NCBI GenBank assembly: GCA_964356375.1 | Contig: CAYHGT010000001.1 | Coordinates: forward strand, 9,221 to 73,220 | Reading direction: 5' to 3' | DNA: 64,000 nucleotides | Source of the DNA: an uncultured Candidatus Saccharibacteria bacterium | GTDB lineage: Bacteria > Patescibacteriota > Minisyncoccia > UBA6257 > GWB1-50-10 | Shown: one piece after another, positions 17,907 to 27,078 of the stretch | How the letters are laid out: every line of letters starts with the position of its first letter | Position numbering within the stretch: the first letter of the stretch is position 1 | Notes under the pieces: generated by a model | Database searches by the model: none | Seen by the model: the letters and a program-made list of their open reading frames with translations, nothing else | Told to the model about the DNA's origin: nothing | Translations under genes and position numbers: made by a program

Positions 17907-20900
17907 ATGTACCAAAAAACAAAAATCTTCACCTCATATAACGGTCCAAAATTCGCACAGCCGAACCTTATAGAGATTCAGCGCAACTCGTTTGATTGGT
18001 TTATTAAAAAAGGTCTTCGCGAATTGTTTGACGAGATTTCTCCCATTCGCGACCACACAGGAAAGGAACTTGAGTTGAGTTTTCAGGATTACAAATTTGA
18101 TTCGCCTAAATATACAGAGGAACAGGCAAAGGAAAAAGACCTCTCATTTGAGGCATCGCTTCGTGTAAATTTGAAGCTCGCAAATCGCGTGACGAAAGAG
18201 ACAAATGTGCAGGAGGTGTATCTTGGTGACTTCCCAATGATGACGCGCCGTGGCACATTTATCATTAGTGGGGTGGAGCGCGTAGTTATCTCACAGCTCG
18301 TTCGTTCGCCCGGTGCCTATTTTACAGAAAACATTTATCGTGGAAAGAAATTATTTGGTGCAAAAGTTATTCCAAATCGTGGCGCGTGGCTTGAGTTTGA
18401 AACCGAGTCCGATGGATATATAGGTGTACGCATTGATCGCAAGAGAAAGGTACCGGTTACGCAACTATTGCGTATATTTGGCTTTACCTCAAACGAGGAA
18501 ATACTCAAGGCCTTTAAGGACATAGATACGGGGGATGTGCGGTGCATTGAGGCAACACTCAAAAAAGACGACGCAGAGGGAGTTGATGATTCGTTCCTTA
18601 ATGTTCACCACCGACTTCGTCCGGGCGATTTGACGACAGTGGATAACGCAAAATCTCTTATTGAGGGAATGTTTTTTCGTTTTGACCGCTATGATTTGAG
18701 CCCCGTGGGTCGTTTCAAATTCAATCAGCGTCTTAATGAAACGAAAAAGGATGGTGGCCTTCTGGATAAAGAGGACGCCGTAGCGCTTGTGAAAGAAATT
18801 ATTCGCATGAATAACGACCAGAGCGCCGAGCCCGATGATATTGATCACTTGGGAAATCGTCGCGTACGCGCTGTGGGCGAGCTTATTCAGTTGCGTTTGC
18901 GTATCGGGTTTGCGCGCTTGCGTCGTGGTGTGCAGGACAGAATGTCCACGCTTGATAGGCGCTTGCTCCAACCCGTACAGCTTATTAACTACAAATTACT
19001 TACCGCCGTGGTTCGTGATTTCTTCCAGGCATCACAACTTTCGCAATTCATGGACCAGGTAAACCCTCTCGCAGAACTTGAACACAAGCGTCGTCTTTCG
19101 GCTATGGGTCCTGGCGGTTTAACGCGCGAACGAGCGGGCTTTGAGGTCCGCGACGTGCATTCATCATTTTATGGACGTATCTGTCCGATTCAGACTCCTG
19201 AAGGCGCAAACGCAGGTCTTGTAAGCTATCTCGCAAACTATGCGCGTTTGAATGAATTCGGATTTATTGAGTCACCACATTTTAAAGTTAAAAATGGAAC
19301 GGTAACCTCTAGCGTAGTCTGGCTGGACGCTATTGAAGAGGAGAGGCACAATATTGCACAGGCAGACGTTGAAACAAATGAGAAGGGTTTCATTGCGGAG
19401 GAATTAGTTCCCGCGCGTTTGAAGGGAGAGCCTGGCACGTGCAAACGCGATGAAGTGGATTTCATTGATGTATCCGCAAACCAATTTACATCCGTTGCAA
19501 CTTCACTCATTCCGTTTTTGGAACACGACGATGCAAACCGCGCGCTTATGGGTTCAAACATGCAACGTCAGGGCGTGCCATCTATTGTGCCGAACGCTCC
19601 GCTCGTGGGTACTGGTCAGGAAGATCGCGCTGCACATGACTCGGAACAGGTCATTCTTGCAGAAGAGGATGGTGTGGTAACCGAGGCTGATGGACACGCA
19701 GTATCCGTAAAAGGTGTGAGCGTGAAGAAATATCCTATTTTGAAATTTGTGCGCTCTAACCAATCTACTTGTCTTTCACAACGCCCAATTGTGGCGGTGG
19801 GTGACAAGGTAAAGAAGGGTGATGTGTTAGCCGACGGTCCCGCGACCGATAACGGCGTGTTGAGTTTGGGACAAAATTTGCTTGTGGCATTTGTGCCGTG
19901 GCGTGGAGGCAACTTTGAAGACGCAATTATTCTTTCGGAGCGTGTAGCGCGCGATGACCGTTTTACCTCAATTCACATTGAGACATTTGTCTGCGCAGTG
20001 CGCGATACAAAACTTGGTCCTGAGATAACAACTCCTGATATTCCGAACGTTTCGGAAGATAAACTTCGCAACCTGGACGAAGAGGGTATTGTCCGCATCG
20101 GCGCAGAAGTGCGCGCGAGCGACATCCTCGTCGGAAAGATTTCTCCGAAAGGTGAGTCGGAACTTAGTTCAGAGGAGCGCTTGCTTCGCGCAATTTTTGG
20201 TGAAAAGGCGCGAGATGTGAAAGACACCTCGCTCACACTCCCGCACGGAAAGAATGGACGCATTATCGGTATTAAGATTTTCTCGCGCGACAAGGGAGAT
20301 AAACTTGAGCCGGGGATTATTAAAAAAATTCAAGTTGAGGTGGCACAGCTTCGTAAGGTGCGTGCGGGTGATAAGCTCGCAGGACGTCACGGAAACAAAG
20401 GTGTTATTTCGTCAATTCGTCCGATGGAAGATATGCCGTATCTCGCAGATGGTAGACCAGTTGATATTGTGTTGAATCCACTTGGTGTCGCATCTCGTAT
20501 GAACCTTGGTCAGATTTTGGAAACACACTTGGGATTCGCCGCAGAAAAACTTGGCTATCGCGCCGTGGTGCCAAACTTTGTGGGAGGCAACGAGGCGGAA
20601 ATTCGCGAGGAATTGAAAAAAGCGGAACTTCCGGAAACGGGAAAAGTGACGGTCTATGACGGCGTAACAGGTCAGCCTTTCCGCGATCCAATTACAGTTG
20701 GCTACATCTATATGATGAAGCTGAACCATCATGTGGAAGACAAGATTCACATGCGTTCAACCGGTCCATACTCGCTTATCACACAACAACCACTTGGAGG
20801 AAAGGCGCAGTTAGGAGGTCAGCGTTTTGGAGAAATGGAAGTGTGGGCGCTTGAGGGATATGGCGCCGCGCATACTTTGCAGGAAATGTTGACGATTAAA

Positions 20901-21116
20901 TCAGATGATGTACTCGGGCGTTCGGCTGCGTTTGAAGCGATTATCCGCGGTACGGAAATCAAGAAGCCAAACGTGCCGGCATCATTCAATGTGTTGGTCT
21001 CTGAACTTAAATCACTTTGTCTCAATGTAAAACACGATGGCGTGTCCGACGAGGGAGGCGGAGGGGGAGGGAAGAAGGTCGTGATTGAGAATGAATATGA
21101 GTCAACCGAAGAATAA
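17907..21116 (+). CDS. rpoB: DNA-directed RNA polymerase beta subunit
   Basis: GDKLAGRHGNKG, ALMGSNMQRQ, GGQRFGEMEVWALE. Confidence 0.99.
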   Translation: MYQKTKIFTSYNGPKFAQPNLIEIQRNSFDWFIKKGLRELFDEISPIRDHTGKELELSFQDYKFDSPKYTEEQAKEKDLSFEASLRVNLKLANRVTKETNVQEVYLGDFPMMTRRGTFIISGVERVVISQLVRSPGAYFTENIYRGKKLFGAKVIPNRGAWLEFETESDGYIGVRIDRKRKVPVTQLLRIFGFTSNEEILKAFKDIDTGDVRCIEATLKKDDAEGVDDSFLNVHHRLRPGDLTTVDNAKSLIEGMFFRFDRYDLSPVGRFKFNQRLNETKKDGGLLDKEDAVALVKEIIRMNNDQSAEPDDIDHLGNRRVRAVGELIQLRLRIGFARLRRGVQDRMSTLDRRLLQPVQLINYKLLTAVVRDFFQASQLSQFMDQVNPLAELEHKRRLSAMGPGGLTRERAGFEVRDVHSSFYGRICPIQTPEGANAGLVSYLANYARLNEFGFIESPHFKVKNGTVTSSVVWLDAIEEERHNIAQADVETNEKGFIAEELVPARLKGEPGTCKRDEVDFIDVSANQFTSVATSLIPFLEHDDANRALMGSNMQRQGVPSIVPNAPLVGTGQEDRAAHDSEQVILAEEDGVVTEADGHAVSVKGVSVKKYPILKFVRSNQSTCLSQRPIVAVGDKVKKGDVLADGPATDNGVLSLGQNLLVAFVPWRGGNFEDAIILSERVARDDRFTSIHIETFVCAVRDTKLGPEITTPDIPNVSEDKLRNLDEEGIVRIGAEVRASDILVGKISPKGESELSSEERLLRAIFGEKARDVKDTSLTLPHGKNGRIIGIKIFSRDKGDKLEPGIIKKIQVEVAQLRKVRAGDKLAGRHGNKGVISSIRPMEDMPYLADGRPVDIVLNPLGVASRMNLGQILETHLGFAAEKLGYRAVVPNFVGGNEAEIREELKKAELPETGKVTVYDGVTGQPFRDPITVGYIYMMKLNHHVEDKIHMRSTGPYSLITQQPLGGKAQLGGQRFGEMEVWALEGYGAAHTLQEMLTIKSDDVLGRSAAFEAIIRGTEIKKPNVPASFNVLVSELKSLCLNVKHDGVSDEGGGGGGKKVVIENEYESTEE

Positions 21117-21124
21117 TTGAACAT

Positions 21125-24100
21125 ATGGAAAAAAACTTAGAAATAACAAATATTTCGGTACACCTCGCATCTCCCGAACAAATAATTAAGTGGTCGTACG
21201 GCGAGGTTATAAAGCCAGAAACATTGAATTATAGAACACAGCGTCCTGAAAAAGACGGTCTGTTTTCCGAGCGTATTTTCGGTCCGACGAAAGATTACGA
21301 GTGTTATTGCGGAAAGTACAAGAAGGTTCGTTATAAGAATATTACATGTGAAAAATGTGGAGTGGAAGTGACGCGCGCAATTGTGCGTCGTGAACGCATG
21401 GGTCACATCACGCTTGCAACGCCTGTCGCGCACATTTGGTTTTTGCGCACAGTGCCATCAAAGCTCGGCTTGCTCTTGGACATTTCCGTCTCAAAACTTG
21501 AAAAAGTTGTGTACTACGCGGCGTTTATCGTAACGGCGGTAAATGATGATAATAGAAAACGCGCATTGGAAACATTGCATGGCGAGTTGAAGTCAATAAA
21601 GGGTGAGAAGGGTTCAACAAAAACAATTGAAGCAACTGCAGAAAATTTGAAGCAGGTCTTGCTAGCCTTGAAGCCCGGACTCATTTTGACCGAAAACGAA
21701 TACTTTTCTCTCGCAGAACGCTTTGGCGATGTGTTTGAAGCGGATAGGGGCGCGGGCGCGTTGCGGAAGATTTTGGTGCACATTGATTTGAAAACATTGT
21801 TGCGTCACTTGAGAAAGGAACTCACTGAAGTAAACGATGAAAACCGCTTGAAAAGAATTTTACGCCGTTTGAAACTCGCGCAGTCATTAATTGATTCTGG
21901 GGTACGTCCCGAGTGGATGGTCTTAACAGTTCTTCCTGTGCTTCCTCCTGAACTTCGTCCGATGGTTGCGTTGGAGGGTGGACGTTATGCGACCGCGGAT
22001 TTGAATGATCTGTATCGTCGCGTCATCAATCGCAATAATCGTTTGAAGAAGCTTATTGAACTTCGTTCGCCTGAGGTTATTTTGACGAACGAAAAACGCA
22101 TGCTTCAGGAAGCGGTGGATGCCTTGATTGATAACACCGCACGCGCAGGAAGTCAGCTGCTTTCAACGCGCAGAAGGCCACTTCGCTCGCTTGCGGATAT
22201 GTTGAAGGGTAAGCAAGGGCGTTTCCGTCAGAACTTGCTTGGAAAGCGCGTGGACTATTCAGCGCGCTCCGTAATCGTGGTGGGTCCGGAACTAAAACTT
22301 GATGAGTGCGGACTTCCGAAAAACATGGCGCTTGAACTTTTCAGGCACTTTGTGATTAACAAAATTATTGAACGCGGACTCGCATTTAACATTAAGCAGG
22401 CAAACCGATTTATAGAACAAGGTTCACCAGAAATCTGGGCAATTTTGGAAGAGGTGATTCAGAATAAGCGCGTACTCTTGAACCGCGCACCGACATTGCA
22501 CCGTCTTGGTATTCAGGCATTCCGCGTGCTCTTGATTGAGGATTTGGCAATTCGTATTCCACCACTTGTGTGTAGCGCATTTAACGCCGACTTTGACGGA
22601 GACCAGATGGCGGTCCACCTGCCACTCACTGCGGAAGCGCAGTATGAAGCGAAGGAACTTATGAGTGCATCGCGCAATCTTTTGAAGCCCGCAAACGGCG
22701 ATCCGATTGTGACTCCGACACAGGATATGGTACTTGGCATATACTTTTTGACACGCATCATTGATGGCGCGAAGGGTGAGGGGAAGGCACTTTCCAGCCA
22801 ATCCGAAGCAATGTTCGCATACGAAAGTGGGTTTATTGATATCAACGCAAAGATTAAGGTGGTGATTGATGGAGTGATGACAGACACATCACTTGGCCGT
22901 TTGATATTTAATGGTGTGTTACCGCCCGATTTCGGATTTGTGAACGAACAGATGAATAAGAAAAAGCTTCCGAAGCTTGTTGCAAAAATTATTGAAAAGT
23001 ACGGATTGCTTGAAGCAAGTAATTATCTTGATGCAATCAAGAATCTTGGCTATGAATATTCAACCGTCTCCTCTATTACGTGGAGCGCGGGCGACATGGT
23101 AATTCCTACTGGGAAGTACAAAGTATTGGACGAGGCGGAGGAGCAAGTTGCTGTAATTGAATCGCAATTCAGCGATGGATTGTTGACTGAGAGGGAACGC
23201 CGCGGAAGAGTTATTGATATTTGGAACGAGACACGCGAGAATGTGGCGAAACTTATTCCGGCTTCATTCCAGCCGACAAACCCCGTGTATGCAATTATTG
23301 ATTCTGGCGCGCGTGGTAGTTGGGCACAGCCAATGCAAATGATGGGTATGAAGGGTCTCGTGATTAATCCGCAGGGTCAGACGATTGAGCTTCCTGTGAA
23401 GTCATCTTACAAAGAAGGGTTGCGTGTGATTGAATATTTCATTTCTACGCACGGAGCTCGCAAGGGTACGACTGATACCGCTTTAAAGACCGCAACTGCA
23501 GGGTATCTTACGCGTCGTTTAGTTGATGTATCTCAAGATTTGATTGTTGAAGAGAGCGATTGCGAAACCGATGAGGGTATTTCCATTGTGCGCGCCGAAG
23601 GCGACGCATATGGCTACGCATTTGGTGATCGCGTATATTCGCGCGTGGCAGTTGAGGATATTAAGGATGTGCGCAAAACCATCGTGAAAGCAGGTGAAAT
23701 AATTGACCGCGATGCGATAAAACTGATTCAGGATTCAAAGATTGAAGTGGTGAAAGTATTTTCTCCAATCACGTGTCGCGCCACAAATGGCGTGTGTGCA
23801 AAGTGTTATGGATACGACCTTACAAAAAATAAGCTCGTGGAATCTGGAACTGCGGTGGGTATCATTGCCGCGCAATCAATCGGTGAACCGGGAACACAGC
23901 TCACGATGAGAACCTTCCATATTGGAGGTATCGCGGGTGTTGACATCACACACGGTCTCCCTCGTGTGGAAGAACTTTTTGAGGCACGACCTCCAAAAGG
24001 TAAGGCCCCACTCGCGAAAGAAGATGGATTGGTTGATATCATTGAAGAAAAGGGACTTGCGCGTATCATTAAGATTAAAAAAGCAAAAGGCAAAATTAAA

Positions 24101-24835
24101 AAAGGTGATACGGCGTCCTACGATGAGTATCTCGTGCCGAGCAACATAAATGTGCTCGTGAAGGAAGGCGAGAAGGTGAAGAAAGGAGATGCGTTAACCG
24201 AGGGTCCACTTGATCTCCGTGAATTGCTCGCATTCCGCGGACTTGAAGCGGTGGAGCACTACATCATTAACGAGGTGCAAAGAATTTACATTCCGGAAGG
24301 CGCGTCAATCAACGACAAGCACATTGAAATAATTGTGCGTCAGATGCTTTCGCGCGTAGTGGTGATGGAGCAAGGCGATGGAGAATTTATGCCCGGCGAT
24401 ATTGTAGAGAAAAATATCTTTATTACTGCAAACAGGGGACTTAAGAAAGAGAAGAAATCAATTTCAAAGGGTCTCTTGAAAGTACTTGGCATCACGCGTG
24501 TAGCGCTCAGTTCTGCAAGCTTCCTTTCCGCGGCATCTTTCCAGGAGACAACACGCACACTTGTGAATGCCGCTGTGGAGGGAAAGGTAGACCCGCTCCG
24601 TGGTCTTAAGGAAAACGTAATTATTGGTAAGCTTATTCCTGCAGGAACGGGAATGCATGGAATTTCGGCTGAGGCATTAAAACCGTGGAAATTGGAGCAT
24701 GCGGCGATAGCGCCAGAGGACATTGCGGAAGCGAAGGCGGAAATGGTGCCAGAGCCCGTTGTAGTGCTTGAGGAAGTGTCGGCTGAGGGTGAGGTCGCAA
24801 TGCATGAGGAAACAGAAGAGGGGAAAGAAGAATAA
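21125..24835 (+). CDS. rpoC: DNA-directed RNA polymerase beta' subunit
   Basis: [12 protein letters not shown] active site; CYCGKYK zinc finger; [15 protein letters not shown]. Confidence 0.99.
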   Translation: MEKNLEITNISVHLASPEQIIKWSYGEVIKPETLNYRTQRPEKDGLFSERIFGPTKDYECYCGKYKKVRYKNITCEKCGVEVTRAIVRRERMGHITLATPVAHIWFLRTVPSKLGLLLDISVSKLEKVVYYAAFIVTAVNDDNRKRALETLHGELKSIKGEKGSTKTIEATAENLKQVLLALKPGLILTENEYFSLAERFGDVFEADRGAGALRKILVHIDLKTLLRHLRKELTEVNDENRLKRILRRLKLAQSLIDSGVRPEWMVLTVLPVLPPELRPMVALEGGRYATADLNDLYRRVINRNNRLKKLIELRSPEVILTNEKRMLQEAVDALIDNTARAGSQLLSTRRRPLRSLADMLKGKQGRFRQNLLGKRVDYSARSVIVVGPELKLDECGLPKNMALELFRHFVINKIIERGLAFNIKQANRFIEQGSPEIWAILEEVIQNKRVLLNRAPTLHRLGIQAFRVLLIEDLAIRIPPLVCSAFNADFDGDQMAVHLPLTAEAQYEAKELMSASRNLLKPANGDPIVTPTQDMVLGIYFLTRIIDGAKGEGKALSSQSEAMFAYESGFIDINAKIKVVIDGVMTDTSLGRLIFNGVLPPDFGFVNEQMNKKKLPKLVAKIIEKYGLLEASNYLDAIKNLGYEYSTVSSITWSAGDMVIPTGKYKVLDEAEEQVAVIESQFSDGLLTERERRGRVIDIWNETRENVAKLIPASFQPTNPVYAIIDSGARGSWAQPMQMMGMKGLVINPQGQTIELPVKSSYKEGLRVIEYFISTHGARKGTTDTALKTATAGYLTRRLVDVSQDLIVEESDCETDEGISIVRAEGDAYGYAFGDRVYSRVAVEDIKDVRKTIVKAGEIIDRDAIKLIQDSKIEVVKVFSPITCRATNGVCAKCYGYDLTKNKLVESGTAVGIIAAQSIGEPGTQLTMRTFHIGGIAGVDITHGLPRVEELFEARPPKGKAPLAKEDGLVDIIEEKGLARIIKIKKAKGKIKKGDTASYDEYLVPSNINVLVKEGEKVKKGDALTEGPLDLRELLAFRGLEAVEHYIINEVQRIYIPEGASINDKHIEIIVRQMLSRVVVMEQGDGEFMPGDIVEKNIFITANRGLKKEKKSISKGLLKVLGITRVALSSASFLSAASFQETTRTLVNAAVEGKVDPLRGLKENVIIGKLIPAGTGMHGISAEALKPWKLEHAAIAPEDIAEAKAEMVPEPVVVLEEVSAEGEVAMHEETEEGKEE

Positions 24836-24890
24836 CTAACAACCTACGGGAAAAGACCCCCATCCGATTAGTTGTGGGTCGTTAGTCAGC
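24833..24890. repeat. Short inverted heptamer array before the rpsF promoter
   Basis: taacta acaacct acg ... ttag ttgtggg tcgttag tcagcag. Confidence 0.55.
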
Positions 24891-24945
24891 AGATTTGACT
24901 CAATCCCGCATACTTGTTACTCTCTAAGACGTATCTAATATACAC

Positions 24946-25368
24946 ATGGAACAAGAAATGAACGAATTGAAAAACCGCTATGAGCTCTCGTTTGTAACGC
25001 AGAGCGAAGATGCTGCGTCCGTAAAGGCGTTGCTTGCGAAAAATAACGCGCAGATCGTAAACGACCGCCCGATTTCCAAAATCCAGCTCGCATATAAGAT
25101 TGCAAAACAAGGATATGGATTTATGGGAACGAGCGAGTTTTTGGCAGACGCTGAATCAGCGGTTGCGCTTCGCAAGGATATCCAGCTTGAGAAGGATATT
25201 TTGCGCGGAATTGTGATAAAGTTGAAAGAGCCAAAAGTGAGCGAGACGGGAACGGAAGAAAGGATGGTTGGAAAGGGCCCAACCGCTCCACAGCGTCTTC
25301 GCAATATGTTTGGCGGAGCACTCTCAAACGAAGCACTTGAGAAGAAGATAGAGGAAATATTACAATAA
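24946..25368 (+). CDS. rpsF: 30S ribosomal protein S6 with a C-terminal extension
   Basis: RYELSF, QLAYKIAK, KDILRGIVIK; rpsF-ssb-rpsR order. Confidence 0.85.
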   Translation: MEQEMNELKNRYELSFVTQSEDAASVKALLAKNNAQIVNDRPISKIQLAYKIAKQGYGFMGTSEFLADAESAVALRKDIQLEKDILRGIVIKLKEPKVSETGTEERMVGKGPTAPQRLRNMFGGALSNEALEKKIEEILQ

Positions 25369-25374
25369 GAGTAT

Positions 25375-25527
25375 ATGAATCCCGTTAGAGTTTTACACAT
25401 TAACAACAAACAAGAGGGATGAATCCCGTTAGAAAATTACAAACAATGTTTTTAAGTAAATACAAAGTTAATAACGCTTATATTATTAGTCGAAAAACAA
25501 AGACCTTAATTTTCTAACGGGATGAAT
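25375..25527. mobile_element. Tandem ATGAAT-CCCGTTAGA...TCTAACGGG-ATGAAT palindromic insertion elements at the ssb start
   Basis: Perfect 17-bp IR at 25423-25439/25507-25523; ATGAAT at 25375, 25419 and 25522. Confidence 0.75.
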
Positions 25528-25995
25528 CTGAACAAAGTTTTTCTTATTGGCCGTCTTACGAATGATCCTCAATTGAGGAGTACTCCTGGTGGACAGTCAG
25601 TTGCTTCATTTTCAATTGCGACAAATCGTAATTGGACGGACAAGCAGGGAGTAAAACAAGTTGATGTTCAATTTCACAATATAGTGGCATGGGGGAGACA
25701 AGCGGAAATTGTAAGCCAGTATATGAAGAAGGGAGGACTCATAATGATTGAAGGCCGTCTTCAGACGCGCAACTGGAAGGATAAGCAAGAGCAGACGCGT
25801 TCTACTACGGAAATTGTGTGCGAATCACTCCAACTTGGTCCTCGTGCCACGGGTGGTGCAGGAGATTTTGGGGGAGGAGCGCCGAGAAGTTCATCGCAAG
25901 AAGCGAAACGCGACGACTACTCACAGGACGCAAAAGAGACGCTTCCGGAAATAGACATTGATGAAGAAATAAAAGCGGAAGATATTCCATTCTAA
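25522..25995 (+). CDS. ssb: Single-stranded DNA-binding protein
   Basis: NKVFLIGRLTNDPQLR, IEGRLQTRNW, acidic tail ending EDIPF. Confidence 0.97.
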   Translation: MNLNKVFLIGRLTNDPQLRSTPGGQSVASFSIATNRNWTDKQGVKQVDVQFHNIVAWGRQAEIVSQYMKKGGLIMIEGRLQTRNWKDKQEQTRSTTEIVCESLQLGPRATGGAGDFGGGAPRSSSQEAKRDDYSQDAKETLPEIDIDEEIKAEDIPF

Positions 25996-25996
25996 A

Positions 25997-26206
25997 ATGA
26001 AAAATATGAAACAGTGTTCGTTTTGTTCGCAAAATTCAAAAGAGATTGATTATAAAAACGCAGACCTTTTGAAGCGTTACACTTCAAGTCAGGCGAAAAT
26101 CATTGATCCGCGCCACACCGGCGTATGTGCGAAACACCAACGCGCTCTTGCGAGAGCCATTAAACGCGCGCGTGTTATGGGTTTTTTGCCGTTTGTGAAG
26201 CAATAA
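25997..26206 (+). CDS. rpsR: 30S ribosomal protein S18
   Basis: CSFC, IDYKN, TGVCAKHQR, AIKRAR, LPFV. Confidence 0.95.
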   Translation: MKNMKQCSFCSQNSKEIDYKNADLLKRYTSSQAKIIDPRHTGVCAKHQRALARAIKRARVMGFLPFVKQ

Positions 26207-26248
26207 CAAAAAAGGTAATATAGTATATACAAGGAATCTTGTATATTT

Positions 26249-26809
26249 ATGGATCTTAAATTATTTCAATTACTTCATGGATTAATGGGACGCTCTTCTG
26301 TCGTAGACTGGTTTGCGATTTTTACCGCAAAATATTTGCCGTACGCGCTTGCGCTTGCGGCAATTATTGTTATATTTCGCAATAAGAATTGGAGGCACAA
26401 GATGTGGGTACTGCTCACGCTCACGTTCTCCCTTCTCGTTTCCTACGGATTTTTGAGCACCATTATTCACTATTTCTATAATAGACCACGCCCCTTTACT
26501 TTACTTCAATTTACGCCACCATTCATCCCAGATACAGTAAGCGCATTTCCCTCAAATCACGCGACGATTTTTTTCACAATTGCATATGTGATGTTTTTGA
26601 TAAACAAAAAGACGGGATATTGGTTCTTGGGGTTGGCACTTTTGAACGGCGTTGCGCGCGTTATGGTTGGCGTGCACTGGCCATTTGATATTTCTGGCGG
26701 TGCCGTGGTCGCACTTATCGGATTCCTTGTGGCGCAAAAAATATTTCCTGAACACGATTTTATAGAGACATCAACAGAATCTAAAGAAGTTACGACGAAC
26801 AATGATTAA
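26249..26809 (+). CDS. PAP2-family phosphatase (undecaprenyl-diphosphatase BcrC-like)
   Basis: RPRPF, AFPSNHA, ARVMVGVHWPFDI. Confidence 0.9.
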   Translation: MDLKLFQLLHGLMGRSSVVDWFAIFTAKYLPYALALAAIIVIFRNKNWRHKMWVLLTLTFSLLVSYGFLSTIIHYFYNRPRPFTLLQFTPPFIPDTVSAFPSNHATIFFTIAYVMFLINKKTGYWFLGLALLNGVARVMVGVHWPFDISGGAVVALIGFLVAQKIFPEHDFIETSTESKEVTTNND

Positions 26810-27074
26810 TTGGGACGATGTTGAAAATTTGCTGAGTGAGCAAAACATCTTCGTGATGGATATTTTGTTTGTTAAGGAATTTGTGCGTACACTTCCGTTT
26901 GAGGACAGGCAGGCCGTAATGCTGGCAATGCTGGTGTTCCCCGAACGATTGCCCTTTATGTTGGACATTCTTAAAAAGAAGCGCGCGCTTGCAGGCGAGT
27001 ATGACCCAGCGCTCGCAATCGCGATTCTTTCGTCCGAAGCAAAGGAGCTAGAAATCGCGCAGCAAAACGGCTAA
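26802..27074 (+). CDS. Small hypothetical protein
   Basis: ORF overlapping the PAP2 stop; operon-like spacing. Confidence 0.55.
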   Translation: MINWDDVENLLSEQNIFVMDILFVKEFVRTLPFEDRQAVMLAMLVFPERLPFMLDILKKKRALAGEYDPALAIAILSSEAKELEIAQQNG

Positions 27075-27078
27075 AAAT

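Noticed and set aside
17907-24835. Short RpoB, and rpoBC separated from rplJL
   Set aside because: Catalytic motifs are intact; compact subunits and rearranged operons are unsurprising in reduced genomes. No intein or intron was seen.
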